Assembly (NCBI GenBank): GCA_023410535.1
Contig: JAEYPR010000021.1
Location: 42,368 to 106,367 of the forward strand
Reading direction: 5' to 3'
DNA length: 64,000 nucleotides
From: Bacillota bacterium
GTDB taxonomy: Bacteria; Bacillota; UBA4882; UBA8346
Positions 18,879 to 27,932 of this stretch are shown here, one piece after another. The notes under the pieces were generated by a model. That model saw nothing but the letters and a program-made list of their open reading frames with translations. It did not search any database and had not been told where the DNA came from. A program made the position numbers and the translations under genes. Within the stretch, counting starts at the first letter, position 1. Each line of letters begins with the position of its first letter.

Positions 18879-19575
18879 AGTTAAAGATCTCAACGTATTT
18901 TATGGCACGATCCATGCTTTGCACAATATTAGCTTCCGGGTGAATGAAGGCGAGATCGTCACCTTAATCGGTGCGAATGGTGCTGGAAAGACCACCACCC
19001 TACACAGTATTTCGGGTTTGACTCCCTTTAAATCCGGTGAAATCCACTTTTTCGGCAACTCGTTAAAAGCAATCACGCCGAACCGTATTGTCGAACAGGG
19101 TTTAGGTCAAGTGCCTGAAGGACGCCGAATTTTCGCCAATCTTTCGGTCTATGAGAATCTGGAAATGGGTGCCTATATCCGGAAGGATAAAGCAAAAATT
19201 AAAGAAGATTTTGAGCGGATCTTTACCCGTTTGCCCCGCTTGAAAGAACGCTTAAAGCAAATCGCGGGCACACTTTCCGGTGGCGAACAGCAAATGCTGG
19301 CGATTGGTCGCGCCTTAATGTCCCGGCCCAAACTGCTGTTGCTGGATGAGCCGTCGATGGGATTGGCACCGTTATTAGTTAAAGAGATCTTTGAAATTAT
19401 CAAAGAGATCAATCGTGAAGGAACCACCATTTTACTGGTGGAGCAAAACGCGCATATGGCGCTGTCAATCGCTCATCGCGCCTATGTGCTGGAAACGGGG
19501 AAAATTGTCTTGGAAGGCCAAGCCAAAGAGTTAGCCCAAAATGAACAGGTGCGCAAAGCGTATCTGGGTGGGTGA
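18871..19575 (+). CDS. livF: Branched-chain amino-acid ABC ATP-binding protein
   Basis: VLEVKDLNVFYG..., GANGAGKTT, LSGGEQQMLAIGRAL, LLLLDEPSMGLAP. GTG at 18871 (RBS GGAGAGGAGG) is preferred to the track start at 18793. Confidence 0.9.
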   Translation: MLEVKDLNVFYGTIHALHNISFRVNEGEIVTLIGANGAGKTTTLHSISGLTPFKSGEIHFFGNSLKAITPNRIVEQGLGQVPEGRRIFANLSVYENLEMGAYIRKDKAKIKEDFERIFTRLPRLKERLKQIAGTLSGGEQQMLAIGRALMSRPKLLLLDEPSMGLAPLLVKEIFEIIKEINREGTTILLVEQNAHMALSIAHRAYVLETGKIVLEGQAKELAQNEQVRKAYLGG

Positions 19576-19616
19576 ACCGGTCGGAAGTGGCTATGGAGAG
19601 CGATCGTTAAAATCAG

Positions 19617-19662
19617 GGCTGTATTGGTGATTTCGTTTAACCAGTTACAGCCTTTTATTTTT
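19617..19662 (+). terminator. Intrinsic terminator after livF
   Basis: GGCTGTA...TACAGCC stem with an extended inner helix, followed by TTTTATTTTT. Confidence 0.6.
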
Positions 19663-19948
19663 GTTGAAGGCAACCGGAAAAACGGTATGGTTTTAGTGTT
19701 TTCGCCATTATATTAGATAGGGATTGAAAAAGTCAAAAACGGCCGGCAGGGATGGGCATCGCTTCTCACGGGGAAGATTTTCGCTTCAATTGCTTGATAA
19801 TTGCAACGAATTGGAAAAAATACCGTTTGACTATATATGAGAAGCGACAACCAAAAGCCAGACCGAGTTGGTTTTGAATACGTTCTAAACTAATGGTAAT
19901 TTTTTACCGAAATAATTAATAGAACCGATGGTTAAAGGAGGATGGAAC

Positions 19949-20590
19949 ATGTTTGTCAAAGACCGCATGACCGCCAATCCGGTAACGGTAACCGAAACGA
20001 CGCCGATTGTTGAAGCCGGAGAGATCTTCCGGAAAAACAACTTCGCCCGGCTCCCGGTGGTGCGCGACGGGAAGCTCATTGGCATCATCACCCGGGAGGA
20101 CTTGTTGAAAGTGACTCCTTCGGCGGCAACCACCCTAAGTGTTTGGGAGCTCAATTACGTTTTGTCGAAATTACAAGTGAAAGACGCCATGACTAAAAGC
20201 CCGATTACCATTCGTCCCGATGTGACGTTGGAAGAAGCGGCGTTGTTGATGCGCGAGAAAGAGATCGGAGCGTTGCCGGTGGTGGAGGACGATGCCTTGA
20301 TCGGGATCATCACCGAGTCCGATATTTTTGAGGCGTTTTTAGATCTGATGGGTTTAAAAGAGACCGGGACCCGCCTGGCGATCGACCTGGAGAACCGGAT
20401 CGGCGCCGTGGCCGACTTGACTGAGTTTTTGAAACAACAAGGGATCAGCATCATTTCGATGGCGATTTTCCACCGCACCAATCAGAGCGGCGAATTGGTT
20501 TTACGCTTGGATTCGACCAAAACCGACACCTTGGTGACGGATTTGAAAGCCAAAGGATATAAAGTGCTGCACGTTGCCAAGTGGAATTAA
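19949..20590 (+). CDS. CBS-pair + ACT domain protein (AcuB-like)
   Basis: Two CBS repeats (VKDRMTANPVTV...LPVV.DGKLIGIITREDL and VKDAMTKSPITI...LPVVEDDALIGIITESDI), then an ACT-like C-terminus. ATG at 19949 after AAAGGAGG. Confidence 0.8.
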   Translation: MFVKDRMTANPVTVTETTPIVEAGEIFRKNNFARLPVVRDGKLIGIITREDLLKVTPSAATTLSVWELNYVLSKLQVKDAMTKSPITIRPDVTLEEAALLMREKEIGALPVVEDDALIGIITESDIFEAFLDLMGLKETGTRLAIDLENRIGAVADLTEFLKQQGISIISMAIFHRTNQSGELVLRLDSTKTDTLVTDLKAKGYKVLHVAKWN

Positions 20591-20708
20591 GGACCAAATT
20601 GGGCTAAGTCTTCGACTCTGGTTGTCCTTTGAAGAGGACAAAAGAATCACAGTGTAGCTTCGCAAGGCGGTTAAACGAATAATGATTCCAGCTTTCTGTG
20701 ATGAATGA

Positions 20709-20739
20709 CAAAACCCGCGCTTAGCGGGTTTTTTTTTTA
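20709..20739 (+). terminator. Intrinsic terminator
   Basis: AAACCCGCGCTTAGCGGGTTTTTTTTTT. It lies inside the 5' end of track ORF 20705..22222, which argues for the later start of that gene. Confidence 0.8.
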
Positions 20740-20884
20740 TTGCAACGGTTCGGGAACCTTCCCTAAGGCTAAGGCGCTGCCCGAACGATTAAGACATTTG
20801 AGAATAAAGAAGGGTTTTGCCATCGATTGGATGTATAATGGTAAAGTTAAAAAACGGGAGACCGGAGTCGCGTGGGAGGAGAAC

Positions 20885-22222
20885 ATGTCGAAAAGTTGTC
20901 GAATGATGATTGCCGCAATCACCATCTTTCTGTTATTGATGATCGGGACAGGCACCAAACCCCCCGATGTCAAAGCGGGGAAATTAGTACAAGAGCATTC
21001 CGGCTGGTTTAAAGCGCTGCGAAACGTATTCGCCATTGGGATATCGCCTGGGAGGGTCATCGCTGCCGCCGCGGAACTAAACCCGGCAGCGACGCCGGCG
21101 CCTGTCGTCCAGCCGGACCCCACGCCGCTAGCGGCATTGGAACCGCCCAAGGTCAAAGGGATCTATCTGACGGCTTGGATGACCGGAGACAGCCGGTTTA
21201 TGGAACGAACCGCCCGTTTCATTGAACAGACGGAAATCAATTCAGTGGTCATTGATGTCAAAGACGATACCGGGACGATCAGTTATCCCAGTCAGGTGCC
21301 ATTGGCGAAAGCGGTCGGCTCCAGCGAAAAAAAGTTTGACCCCCATAAAGTGTTGAAGTTCTTGAAGGACCGGGATATTTATCCCATTGCCCGGATCGTT
21401 GTTTTCAAAGATCCGTTCTTGGCGAAACGCCGGACCGATTTGGCGGTGAAAAGCGCTCAAGGGGGTTTGTGGCATGATTTTAAAGGGTTATGTTGGGTCG
21501 ATCCCTATAACAAAACTGTCTGGGATTACACGATCGCAATTGCGAAAGAAGCGGCAGCCTACGGGTTTAAAGAGATTCAATTCGATTATGTGCGATTTAC
21601 CAGTGACGGAATATTGCGCGATTGCCGTTATCCGGGGAATGACGGACGGATCAAGTCGGATGTGATCCGGGACTTTTTAAAATATGCTTATCAGCAATTA
21701 AATCCGTTGGGCGTGAAAGTTTCGGCCGATGTCTTTGGGTTGGCCTGCTCGGCCCAAGACGACTTGGGCATCGGGCAGGTGTTGGAGAAGGTGGCGTTGG
21801 GCGTGGATATCGTTTGCCCGATGGTCTATCCCTCGCATTACCGCCGGGGCGAATATAATCTGCCCGATCCGGACCGGGCGCCTTACCGGACTGTCTATCA
21901 GAGCATGATCGACGCCAGACGGAAACTAAGCAAACTCAATCCGGAACGCAAGGTGATCATGCGACCGTGGTTGCAGGACTTTTCGTTACGGAGCCATTAT
22001 GGGCGCGAGGAGTTGCTGGCGCAGATCAAAGCGGTTGAAGACGCCGGATATGAAGAGTACATTTTTTGGAATCCCGCCAATAAGTATGATGTTGGGAAAT
22101 ACCGGAGCGGGCCGGTTAGGAAACCTCAAGCGCAACCCAGCCCTGCTCCCACCCCAATCATTCCGGTAATCCCGGCAACCCCGGCGCCGAGTTTGGAGCC
22201 GATTCCGGAAGCCAAACCGTAA
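20885..22222 (+). CDS. Membrane-anchored putative glycoside hydrolase (DUF4015/COG1306-like TIM-barrel), Pro-rich C-terminal tail
   Basis: ATG at 20885 after GGGAGGAG. TM anchor, then KGIYLTAWM...VVIDVKDDTG...IARIVVFKD...EIQFDYVRF...CPMVYPSHY...RPWLQDF. Paralog at 39042..40217. Confidence 0.6.
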   Translation: MSKSCRMMIAAITIFLLLMIGTGTKPPDVKAGKLVQEHSGWFKALRNVFAIGISPGRVIAAAAELNPAATPAPVVQPDPTPLAALEPPKVKGIYLTAWMTGDSRFMERTARFIEQTEINSVVIDVKDDTGTISYPSQVPLAKAVGSSEKKFDPHKVLKFLKDRDIYPIARIVVFKDPFLAKRRTDLAVKSAQGGLWHDFKGLCWVDPYNKTVWDYTIAIAKEAAAYGFKEIQFDYVRFTSDGILRDCRYPGNDGRIKSDVIRDFLKYAYQQLNPLGVKVSADVFGLACSAQDDLGIGQVLEKVALGVDIVCPMVYPSHYRRGEYNLPDPDRAPYRTVYQSMIDARRKLSKLNPERKVIMRPWLQDFSLRSHYGREELLAQIKAVEDAGYEEYIFWNPANKYDVGKYRSGPVRKPQAQPSPAPTPIIPVIPATPAPSLEPIPEAKP

Positions 22223-22290
22223 TTTTAAGCGCGAGGGCGGTTGCAGTCGCCCCCGAAGTTTCGTGAGCAAAACGTTTGGGCCGTGCCCCC

Positions 22291-22548
22291 GGCGAGGATG
22301 CGCAGTCGTTGAGCGAGGATGCGCAGTCGTTGGGCGAGGATGCGCAGTCGTTGGGCAAGAATGCGCAGTCGTTGGGCAAGGATGCGCAGTCGTTGGGCAA
22401 GGATGCACAGTCGTTGGGCAAGGATGCACAGTCGTTGGGCAAGGATGCACAGTCGTTGGGCAAGGATGCGCAGTCGTTGGGCGAGGACGCGCAGTCGTTG
22501 GGCGAGGACGCGCAGTCGTTGGGCAAGGATGCGCAGCCGTTGATGCCC
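22291..22548. repeat. Tandem array of about 12 copies of a 21-bp unit, GATGCGCAGTCGTTGGGCAAG
   Basis: Units start at 22297 and recur every 21 bp with no spacers. Invariant core CAGTCGTTGGGC in units 2-11 (unit 1 reads CAGTCGTTGAGC). Point variants occur in blocks: GCA in units 6-8, GAC in units 10-11, GAG ends in units 1-2 and 9-10. The last unit is degenerate. Confidence 0.95.
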
Positions 22549-22639
22549 AAGTCGATGGAAGGAAACGGATTCTAACGCCTCCGGGGTTTGGTAAAACTGC
22601 GGAGCGCAACGCAGCCCGGAACTTCGGATGTGAAAAACG

Positions 22640-22677
22640 AAAAAGCTGCTGCCAATGACTTTGGAGCAGCTTTTTTA
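22640..22677. terminator. Bidirectional intrinsic terminator between convergent genes
   Basis: AAAAGCTGCTGCC...GGAGCAGCTTTTTT, with an A-tract on one side and a T-tract on the other. Confidence 0.7.
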
Positions 22678-22687
22678 TTCCAACGGG

Positions 22688-23293
22688 TTAATTTTGATAA
22701 ATTCCGGTGAGCGTCGCCGTAGCCAGCGTATGGTTTTCCATTGCGTTGTAGAGTTCGTTTAAGTAAAAACCCGGTTGGAGATCGAGCAGGCAATCCAAAG
22801 CGTAGACTTTCAGTTCATACTGATGCGGTTTGTCGGGGGGAGTCATTCCGCCGTAACGCGCCGAATCGAGCCGATCCATTTTCTTCTTCATCAAACCGCT
22901 CGACCAGCTGGTGGCGCCTTGGATAAATCCGGCCGGGTTGACGCTGGCATTTTCGGCCAACTCCGCGACGGTCAAATTCGCCACCGTCCAATGAATCCAG
23001 GAGAAACCACAGACCGGAACGGAGTCGTGATCAAGCAGTACAATGCTGTATGACCGGGTGCCTTTGGGCGCGCCGGTTATTTTGAACGGTAAGGAATAAC
23101 TGGGCATGCCGTTGTAAAACTCGGTGCCGTGTTTTCCGTATTTTTTGTCAATAACGCCATTTTGAATGCCACTGCTGGTAACAACCATCGTCTGCACCGA
23201 TTTTGCCGCCACGGTTCCAAGGGAGGAAAGTTGTAAGAAAACAATGGTGAGAACGAGTATGGGGAGAAGTAGGGAACGCCAAAAAAAATTCAT
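22688..23293 (-). CDS. Secreted YbhB/YbcL-family (PEBP, Raf-kinase-inhibitor-like) protein
   Basis: Signal peptide, then YSIVLLDHDSVPVCGFSWIHWTVANL and GGMTPPDKPHQYELKVYALD motifs. RBS GGAGG. Confidence 0.75.
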   Translation of the reverse strand: MNFFWRSLLLPILVLTIVFLQLSSLGTVAAKSVQTMVVTSSGIQNGVIDKKYGKHGTEFYNGMPSYSLPFKITGAPKGTRSYSIVLLDHDSVPVCGFSWIHWTVANLTVAELAENASVNPAGFIQGATSWSSGLMKKKMDRLDSARYGGMTPPDKPHQYELKVYALDCLLDLQPGFYLNELYNAMENHTLATATLTGIYQN

Positions 23294-23479
23294 TTCTTTA
23301 ACCTCCAGTTGATTTGTTCGAATAGACGGTGAGGCCTCAGCGATCGTAAGGTCATTATATTTTGCGGCGTAACCAAAGTAAATTACCCACTTTTTTGTAA
23401 GTGCTTGTTTTCAAAACGGCGAAACGTTAAACTTTACCTTAAGGGAAAACGAGGGTTCGATAGAGCAGAGGTGAGCCGA

Positions 23480-23830
23480 ATGTACTTACGGAACAAATTT
23501 ACTTGCCCGGTCGAGATCATTTTAGACATGATCCGGGGGAAATGGAAACCGATTATCATCTGGCGACTACGTTTTGGCCCGAAACAATTATCCAAATTGC
23601 AACGGGATATCGTCGGAATCAATCAAAAAATGCTGATCCAGCATATCAAAGAGCTGCAGGATTATGGCATCGTCGCTAAAAAAGTTTACGACGGGTATCC
23701 GCTCAAGGTGGAATATTATCTGACCGAGATGGGAGTACGAATTGTCCAGGGGCTGGAGATCTTCCAGCAGATCGGCCATGACTATATTGCACAGGTCGGG
23801 CCGGAAAAGTTCGAAATGAAAAAGGTCTGA
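23480..23830 (+). CDS. HxlR-family winged-helix transcriptional regulator
   Basis: CPVEIILDMIRGKWKPIIIWRL...LSKLQRDI.GINQKMLIQHIKELQDYGIV..KVY...PLKVEYYLTEMG. Divergent from the PEBP gene. Confidence 0.85.
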   Translation: MYLRNKFTCPVEIILDMIRGKWKPIIIWRLRFGPKQLSKLQRDIVGINQKMLIQHIKELQDYGIVAKKVYDGYPLKVEYYLTEMGVRIVQGLEIFQQIGHDYIAQVGPEKFEMKKV

Positions 23831-23890
23831 ACCGTCGGCAACCGGTCATTTGCCATCCCGGGATTTTGTGTAAATAAATCCGAAAAATAT

Positions 23891-23919
23891 TTGCTTTACT
23901 TAACTTCTTTTGTTATAAT
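23891..23919 (+). promoter_or_regulatory. Sigma-A-type promoter of rplM-rpsI
   Basis: TTGCTT (23891..23896), 17-bp spacer, TATAAT (23914..23919). An ~90-nt leader follows and may hold an L13-type autoregulatory structure (not verified). Confidence 0.65.
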
Positions 23920-24009
23920 ATTAAAGTCCGTAAAAGTACGGCCCTTTTTCTCTGAACAGACCCGGTCTGATTGGGGAATTAGCAGCAATGTGCGGGGGAG
24001 AGATTAATC

Positions 24010-24444
24010 ATGAAGACTTACTTGGCAAAGGCCGAGGAGCTTCAGCAGAAATGGTATGTCGTGGATGCTGAAGGCAAAACCCTAGGCCGCCTGGCTACCC
24101 AAGTAGCCACTATCTTGCGGGGTAAACACAAACCGATCTACACGCCGAGTGTGGACTGTGGCGACCACGTAATTATCATCAACGCCGAAAAGGTTGTTTT
24201 AACCGGTAATAAGGCGGAGGACAAGATCCATTATACCCATTCACAGTATCCCGGTGGTTTAAAAGCAACCAAATACGGTGACTTATTAAAGAAAAAACCG
24301 GAATACGCGTTGACCAAAACCATCTGGGGAATGCTTCCTCACAATCGCTTAGGCCGGCAAATGCTAAAAAAATTACGAGTATACCGGGGATCCGAACATC
24401 CGCATCAAGCGCAACAACCGGAAACACTCGAAATTAAGGCCTAA
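24010..24444 (+). CDS. rplM: 50S ribosomal protein L13
   Basis: [43 protein letters not shown]. Confidence 0.97.
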   Translation: MKTYLAKAEELQQKWYVVDAEGKTLGRLATQVATILRGKHKPIYTPSVDCGDHVIIINAEKVVLTGNKAEDKIHYTHSQYPGGLKATKYGDLLKKKPEYALTKTIWGMLPHNRLGRQMLKKLRVYRGSEHPHQAQQPETLEIKA

Positions 24445-24463
24445 GAAAGGAGGATGAACATCG

Positions 24464-24874
24464 ATGCCACGTGCTAAAAAATCAAACAAAAACGTTTATT
24501 ACGGTACAGGTCGGAGAAAATGTTCGGTTGCCAGAGTTCGTTTGGTAGCCGGGCAAGGAAATATTATTGTGAACGGTAAGCCGGTCAGCGAGTATTTCGG
24601 CCGGAAAATGCTCGAACTGGTTGTGAAACAACCGTTGGAGATCACCGGCAATGACGCCAAATACGATGTGCTCGTAACCGTCCACGGCGGTGGAGTCAGC
24701 GGCCAGGCCGGTGCGGTTCGTCACGGAATTTCCCGGGCGCTTTTGAAAGTGGAAGACGAATTCCGTTCCCCGTTAAAGAAAGCCGGTTTCTTAACCCGCG
24801 ATCCGCGGATGAAGGAACGTCGTAAATACGGCTTGAAGAAAGCCCGTAAAGCTCCGCAATTCTCAAAACGTTAA
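24464..24874 (+). CDS. rpsI: 30S ribosomal protein S9
   Basis: [19 protein letters not shown]..., GGG.SGQAGA.RHGI.RAL, C-terminus [18 protein letters not shown]. Confidence 0.97.
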   Translation: MPRAKKSNKNVYYGTGRRKCSVARVRLVAGQGNIIVNGKPVSEYFGRKMLELVVKQPLEITGNDAKYDVLVTVHGGGVSGQAGAVRHGISRALLKVEDEFRSPLKKAGFLTRDPRMKERRKYGLKKARKAPQFSKR

Positions 24875-24882
24875 TCTTTCGA

Positions 24883-24908
24883 ACACGACCGTTACGGTCG
24901 TGTTTTTG
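24883..24908 (+). terminator. Intrinsic terminator after rpsI
   Basis: ACACGACCG-TTA-CGGTCGTGT followed by TTTTT. Confidence 0.8.
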
Positions 24909-25006
24909 CTATGTCCGATCAAGGAATAGAATGTTTTTGTCCGGAAATTCCCGGGCTACGGTCGATCAAAGCAAAATTTGCTGCGAATTGGAATCGGGGA
25001 GGTACC

Positions 25007-25672
25007 ATGAAACAGGCGTTGATTGTCGGCGGAGGGCCGGTGGACCAGGCGCAGTTGGCGACCGAGTTGGCGGCGGGTCCGGCGTTGGTCATCGCGGCGG
25101 ACGCCGGCGGCCATTATTTTTTAACGGAGCAACCGTTGCCGTTGCGAATGCCGGACTTTTTACTGGGTGACTTTGACTCGTTGGAACCCGCCGAACGGCG
25201 GCGTCTAATCGACTTGGGAGTGGCGCTGCGGCGGTTTCCGGCCCAAAAAGACGAAACCGATCTGGAATTGGCGTTGGACCTGGCGATCGCCGAGGGCGCA
25301 AGTGAGATACGCATCTTGGGCGCTTTGGGGGGACGAATCGATCACTCCTTAGGGAATATCGGGCTTTTGCTCAATGCGGCGGAACGGGGGACGCAGGCGC
25401 GGCTGCTCGATCCCTGTCATGAAATCTGGTTAACGACCGATCGCGCCGATTTAACGGCCCGTCCGGGCTGGGCGGTATCGTTAGTGCCGCTTGGTTTGCG
25501 GGTGCGCGGAGTACGTACCACGGGTTTGGTTTACCCGCTCCGCGGCGAGGAACTGTCAATCACCAAACCGCGCGGGATTCATAACGAATTCGCCGCGGCA
25601 ACGGCGACGGCGACGGTTGAATTGGATGAGGGAATCCTGCTTATAATATATTTCTTGGCAGCATTTCGCTAA
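25007..25672 (+). CDS. thiN: Thiamine pyrophosphokinase
   Basis: MKQALIVGGGP..., ADAGG, GDFDS, KDETDLELAL, ILGALGGRIDH. ATG at 25007 after GGGGAGG. Confidence 0.85.
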   Translation: MKQALIVGGGPVDQAQLATELAAGPALVIAADAGGHYFLTEQPLPLRMPDFLLGDFDSLEPAERRRLIDLGVALRRFPAQKDETDLELALDLAIAEGASEIRILGALGGRIDHSLGNIGLLLNAAERGTQARLLDPCHEIWLTTDRADLTARPGWAVSLVPLGLRVRGVRTTGLVYPLRGEELSITKPRGIHNEFAAATATATVELDEGILLIIYFLAAFR

Positions 25673-25890
25673 CCGATTCCCGTTAAGTTGGGACAGGGGA
25701 TCCCATTTGACTGAAATTACCCAAACTGTATATAATATATCTAACAACGCCTGCCGATCAGCGCGTTCGATTACGACCCAAGCAAAATGGGCCGGGCGAA
25801 AAAGGCCCCGAATATTTTGCGGGACATAACCTCGGGCGCAATTGGCGTAAATTGAAGTATCAGGCATTAAAGAATCTTGGAGGTGCATTG

Positions 25891-26166
25891 ATGGCTCAAG
25901 CGAAACGAATCGCGGTAAGCATGCCCGAAAATCTCCTCCAAGAGGTTGATGGGATCGTCCGCCGGGAAACAGGGAATCGCAGCGCCTTCGTCCGGGAGGC
26001 GGTATTGCTCCTCGTCGAGGAACGCCGTCGCCGGGAACGGTTGGAGGTAATGCGAGTCGGATATCAACAGATGGGCAGGATCAATCGCTCATTCGCCGAA
26101 GACGGAATGGAGACAGCATCCCAGGAACTTGACGAATATGAAAATTATCTTGTCAAAAGGGATTAA
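25891..26166 (+). CDS. mazE: Ribbon-helix-helix (CopG-type) antitoxin, MazE/EndoAI-like
   Basis: [19 protein letters not shown].....[10 protein letters not shown]; sits immediately upstream of mazF. ATG at 25891 after GGAGGTG. Confidence 0.8.
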   Translation: MAQAKRIAVSMPENLLQEVDGIVRRETGNRSAFVREAVLLLVEERRRRERLEVMRVGYQQMGRINRSFAEDGMETASQELDEYENYLVKRD

Positions 26167-26171
26167 CATTG

Positions 26172-26522
26172 ATGATTCGTCGCGGTGAAATTTATTATGC
26201 CAATCTAAATCCGGTACTTGGCTCGGAACAAGGCGGTCTTAGACCGGTGTTGATCATCCAGAATGATGTTGGCAACACTTACAGCCCGACTACGATCATC
26301 GCAGCGATTACCTCCAAGATTAAACGCGCCAAATTACCAACTCATATCGAAATCAGTGCTGAAAGATATCATTTGGAGAAAGACTCGGTCATCCTCTTGG
26401 AACAGTTGCGCACCATCGATAAGCAACGTTTGAAGGAACGGGTCACCCATTTGGATGAGGAAGTCATGACCAAGGTAAACACAGCATTGGAGATCAGTCT
26501 CGGTTTACGAATGATTCATTAA
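26172..26522 (+). CDS. mazF: Type II toxin mRNA interferase MazF/EndoA
   Basis: [44 protein letters not shown]......LPTHIEI, close to Bacillus EndoA (YdcE). Confidence 0.92.
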   Translation: MIRRGEIYYANLNPVLGSEQGGLRPVLIIQNDVGNTYSPTTIIAAITSKIKRAKLPTHIEISAERYHLEKDSVILLEQLRTIDKQRLKERVTHLDEEVMTKVNTALEISLGLRMIH

Positions 26523-26544
26523 TTTTGATGCTTATTGTTTTCAC

Positions 26545-26580
26545 ATAAACCAGCTGCAGGCTGGTTTATTGTTATTTTTA
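26545..26580 (+). terminator. Intrinsic terminator after mazF
   Basis: ATAAACCAGC-TGCAG-GCTGGTTTAT followed by TGTTATTTTT. Confidence 0.75.
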
Positions 26581-26746
26581 CCCGGTTTTGATTCCCGGTC
26601 CGGCAAGCCGAATGGGCGATGGTAACGCGATTACCAAATCTTGACCTGCTTCGGCAATCATGTTAAGCTATTGAGAGGATTTCATATTGCCGAAATGATT
26701 CGAACGGGATTCGTACTCAAAAAAACAACGGCAAAATTGGGGCGTT

Positions 26747-27235
26747 TTGGACAAAATAGCGCTATATACTATGAAGGACAATACAATGTGGCTGATTGCA
26801 TCGGAACAAGCAATGTTGGATTTTGGCGAAGATCTAGGGAAACTGTTGCGGCCTGGCGATCTTCTTTTTTTATCGGGCGAACTTGGCGCCGGCAAAACTA
26901 CCTTGACCAAAGGGATCGCGAAAGGACTGGAGATTGAGACGGAGATCACCAGTCCCACCTTTCAATTGCGCAAGACTTATGAAGGACGTTTTATCCTTAA
27001 CCATCTTGACCTATACCGGCTGGAGCGCCCGGCGGAACTGGCGATTTTTGAACCCGAGGTTATGGTGGAAGAAGGGGTCACGGTGGTCGAGTGGGGCGAC
27101 CTTTTAAAATCTTATTTTCCTGATTATTTGGAGATCGCTATCGGATACGGGACAGTGGAGGGTTCGCGGCAATTGGTGATTGAACCGCACGGCGCCCGGT
27201 TTGATGAACGGTTAAAGGGGTTATGCAATGCTTAG
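26747..27235 (+). CDS. tsaE: tRNA threonylcarbamoyladenosine biosynthesis ATPase
   Basis: GDLLFLSGELGAGKTTLTKGIAKGL, TSPTF, HLDLYRL. The true start may be ATG at 26771 or 26786. Confidence 0.9.
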   Translation: MDKIALYTMKDNTMWLIASEQAMLDFGEDLGKLLRPGDLLFLSGELGAGKTTLTKGIAKGLEIETEITSPTFQLRKTYEGRFILNHLDLYRLERPAELAIFEPEVMVEEGVTVVEWGDLLKSYFPDYLEIAIGYGTVEGSRQLVIEPHGARFDERLKGLCNA

Positions 27236-27932
27236 CTTAGGGATGGATACCGCCACTGCTTGGGGGAGTATGGCGCTCTTGGAAGATGAAGAGATCATCT
27301 TGGAAGTCTCCTTAAAAGCAATCAAAGGTGGCGGTGAGTATCTCTTATCGGTTTTAGAAATGATGACCGCAAAAACCGGTCACAAACTGGACGAACTTCA
27401 GTTAATCGCTGTCGGAACCGGACCGGGTTCCTATACCGGGATCCGGGTCGGTTTGGCGGCGGCGAAGGGTTTGGCGGTAGCGTTGGGAATTCAAGTGGTG
27501 CCTCTCAGTACTTTGCGGATTATCGCTGAAAACGGGCGTTACGCCGCCGATTGGGTCGCGCCGATGATTGACGCCAGGCGGGGCGAGATTTATACGGCCT
27601 TATATCAAAGCACCTCCGAGGGACTGTTGCCGGTGATCCAGCCGGAAGCGATCGCGGCGGCGGCATTCCGGGAAAAGTTGGCAACTTTGCCCGATGGTTT
27701 ACTTTGCGGCGACGGCAGTAAAAACTACCCCGAGGTTTGGAACGGCGCATCGCAGCTGCGGATCGGGCCAAAGTCTTGGGACCGTCCGATGGCGGGGTTA
27801 GCCGGTTTGCTGGGACAAAGCGACTGGCGGAACGGTTTGGCGCAAAACCCCGAGTTTTTACTCCCCAGTTATTTGCGGCGGGTTGAAGCGGAGGTTCGTT
27901 TGGAGGAAAAGTCTCATGGCAATGACAATTGA
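27228..27932 (+). CDS. tsaB: tRNA threonylcarbamoyladenosine biosynthesis protein TsaB
   Basis: LGMDTAT....ALLED, AVGTGPGSYTGIRVGLAAAKGLA. Confidence 0.9.
   Translation: MLSLGMDTATAWGSMALLEDEEIILEVSLKAIKGGGEYLLSVLEMMTAKTGHKLDELQLIAVGTGPGSYTGIRVGLAAAKGLAVALGIQVVPLSTLRIIAENGRYAADWVAPMIDARRGEIYTALYQSTSEGLLPVIQPEAIAAAAFREKLATLPDGLLCGDGSKNYPEVWNGASQLRIGPKSWDRPMAGLAGLLGQSDWRNGLAQNPEFLLPSYLRRVEAEVRLEEKSHGNDN

Noticed and set aside
20705-20884. Upstream start (20705) for the DUF4015-like gene
   Set aside because: The extension runs through a strong intrinsic terminator (20709..20739) and lacks an RBS. ATG at 20885 has GGGAGGAG upstream and begins a proper TM anchor.
22291-22548. CRISPR array
   Set aside because: The 21-bp units are directly abutting with no unique spacers, the unit is shorter than typical CRISPR repeats, and no cas genes are nearby.
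21986-22658. Track ORFs across the repeat (207, 130, 131, 99 and 74 aa) as real repeat proteins
   Set aside because: All six frames are open only because the 21-bp unit lacks stop codons. No ORF has a Shine-Dalgarno sequence. One overlaps the 3' end of the upstream gene in antisense, and the products are pure low-complexity heptads.
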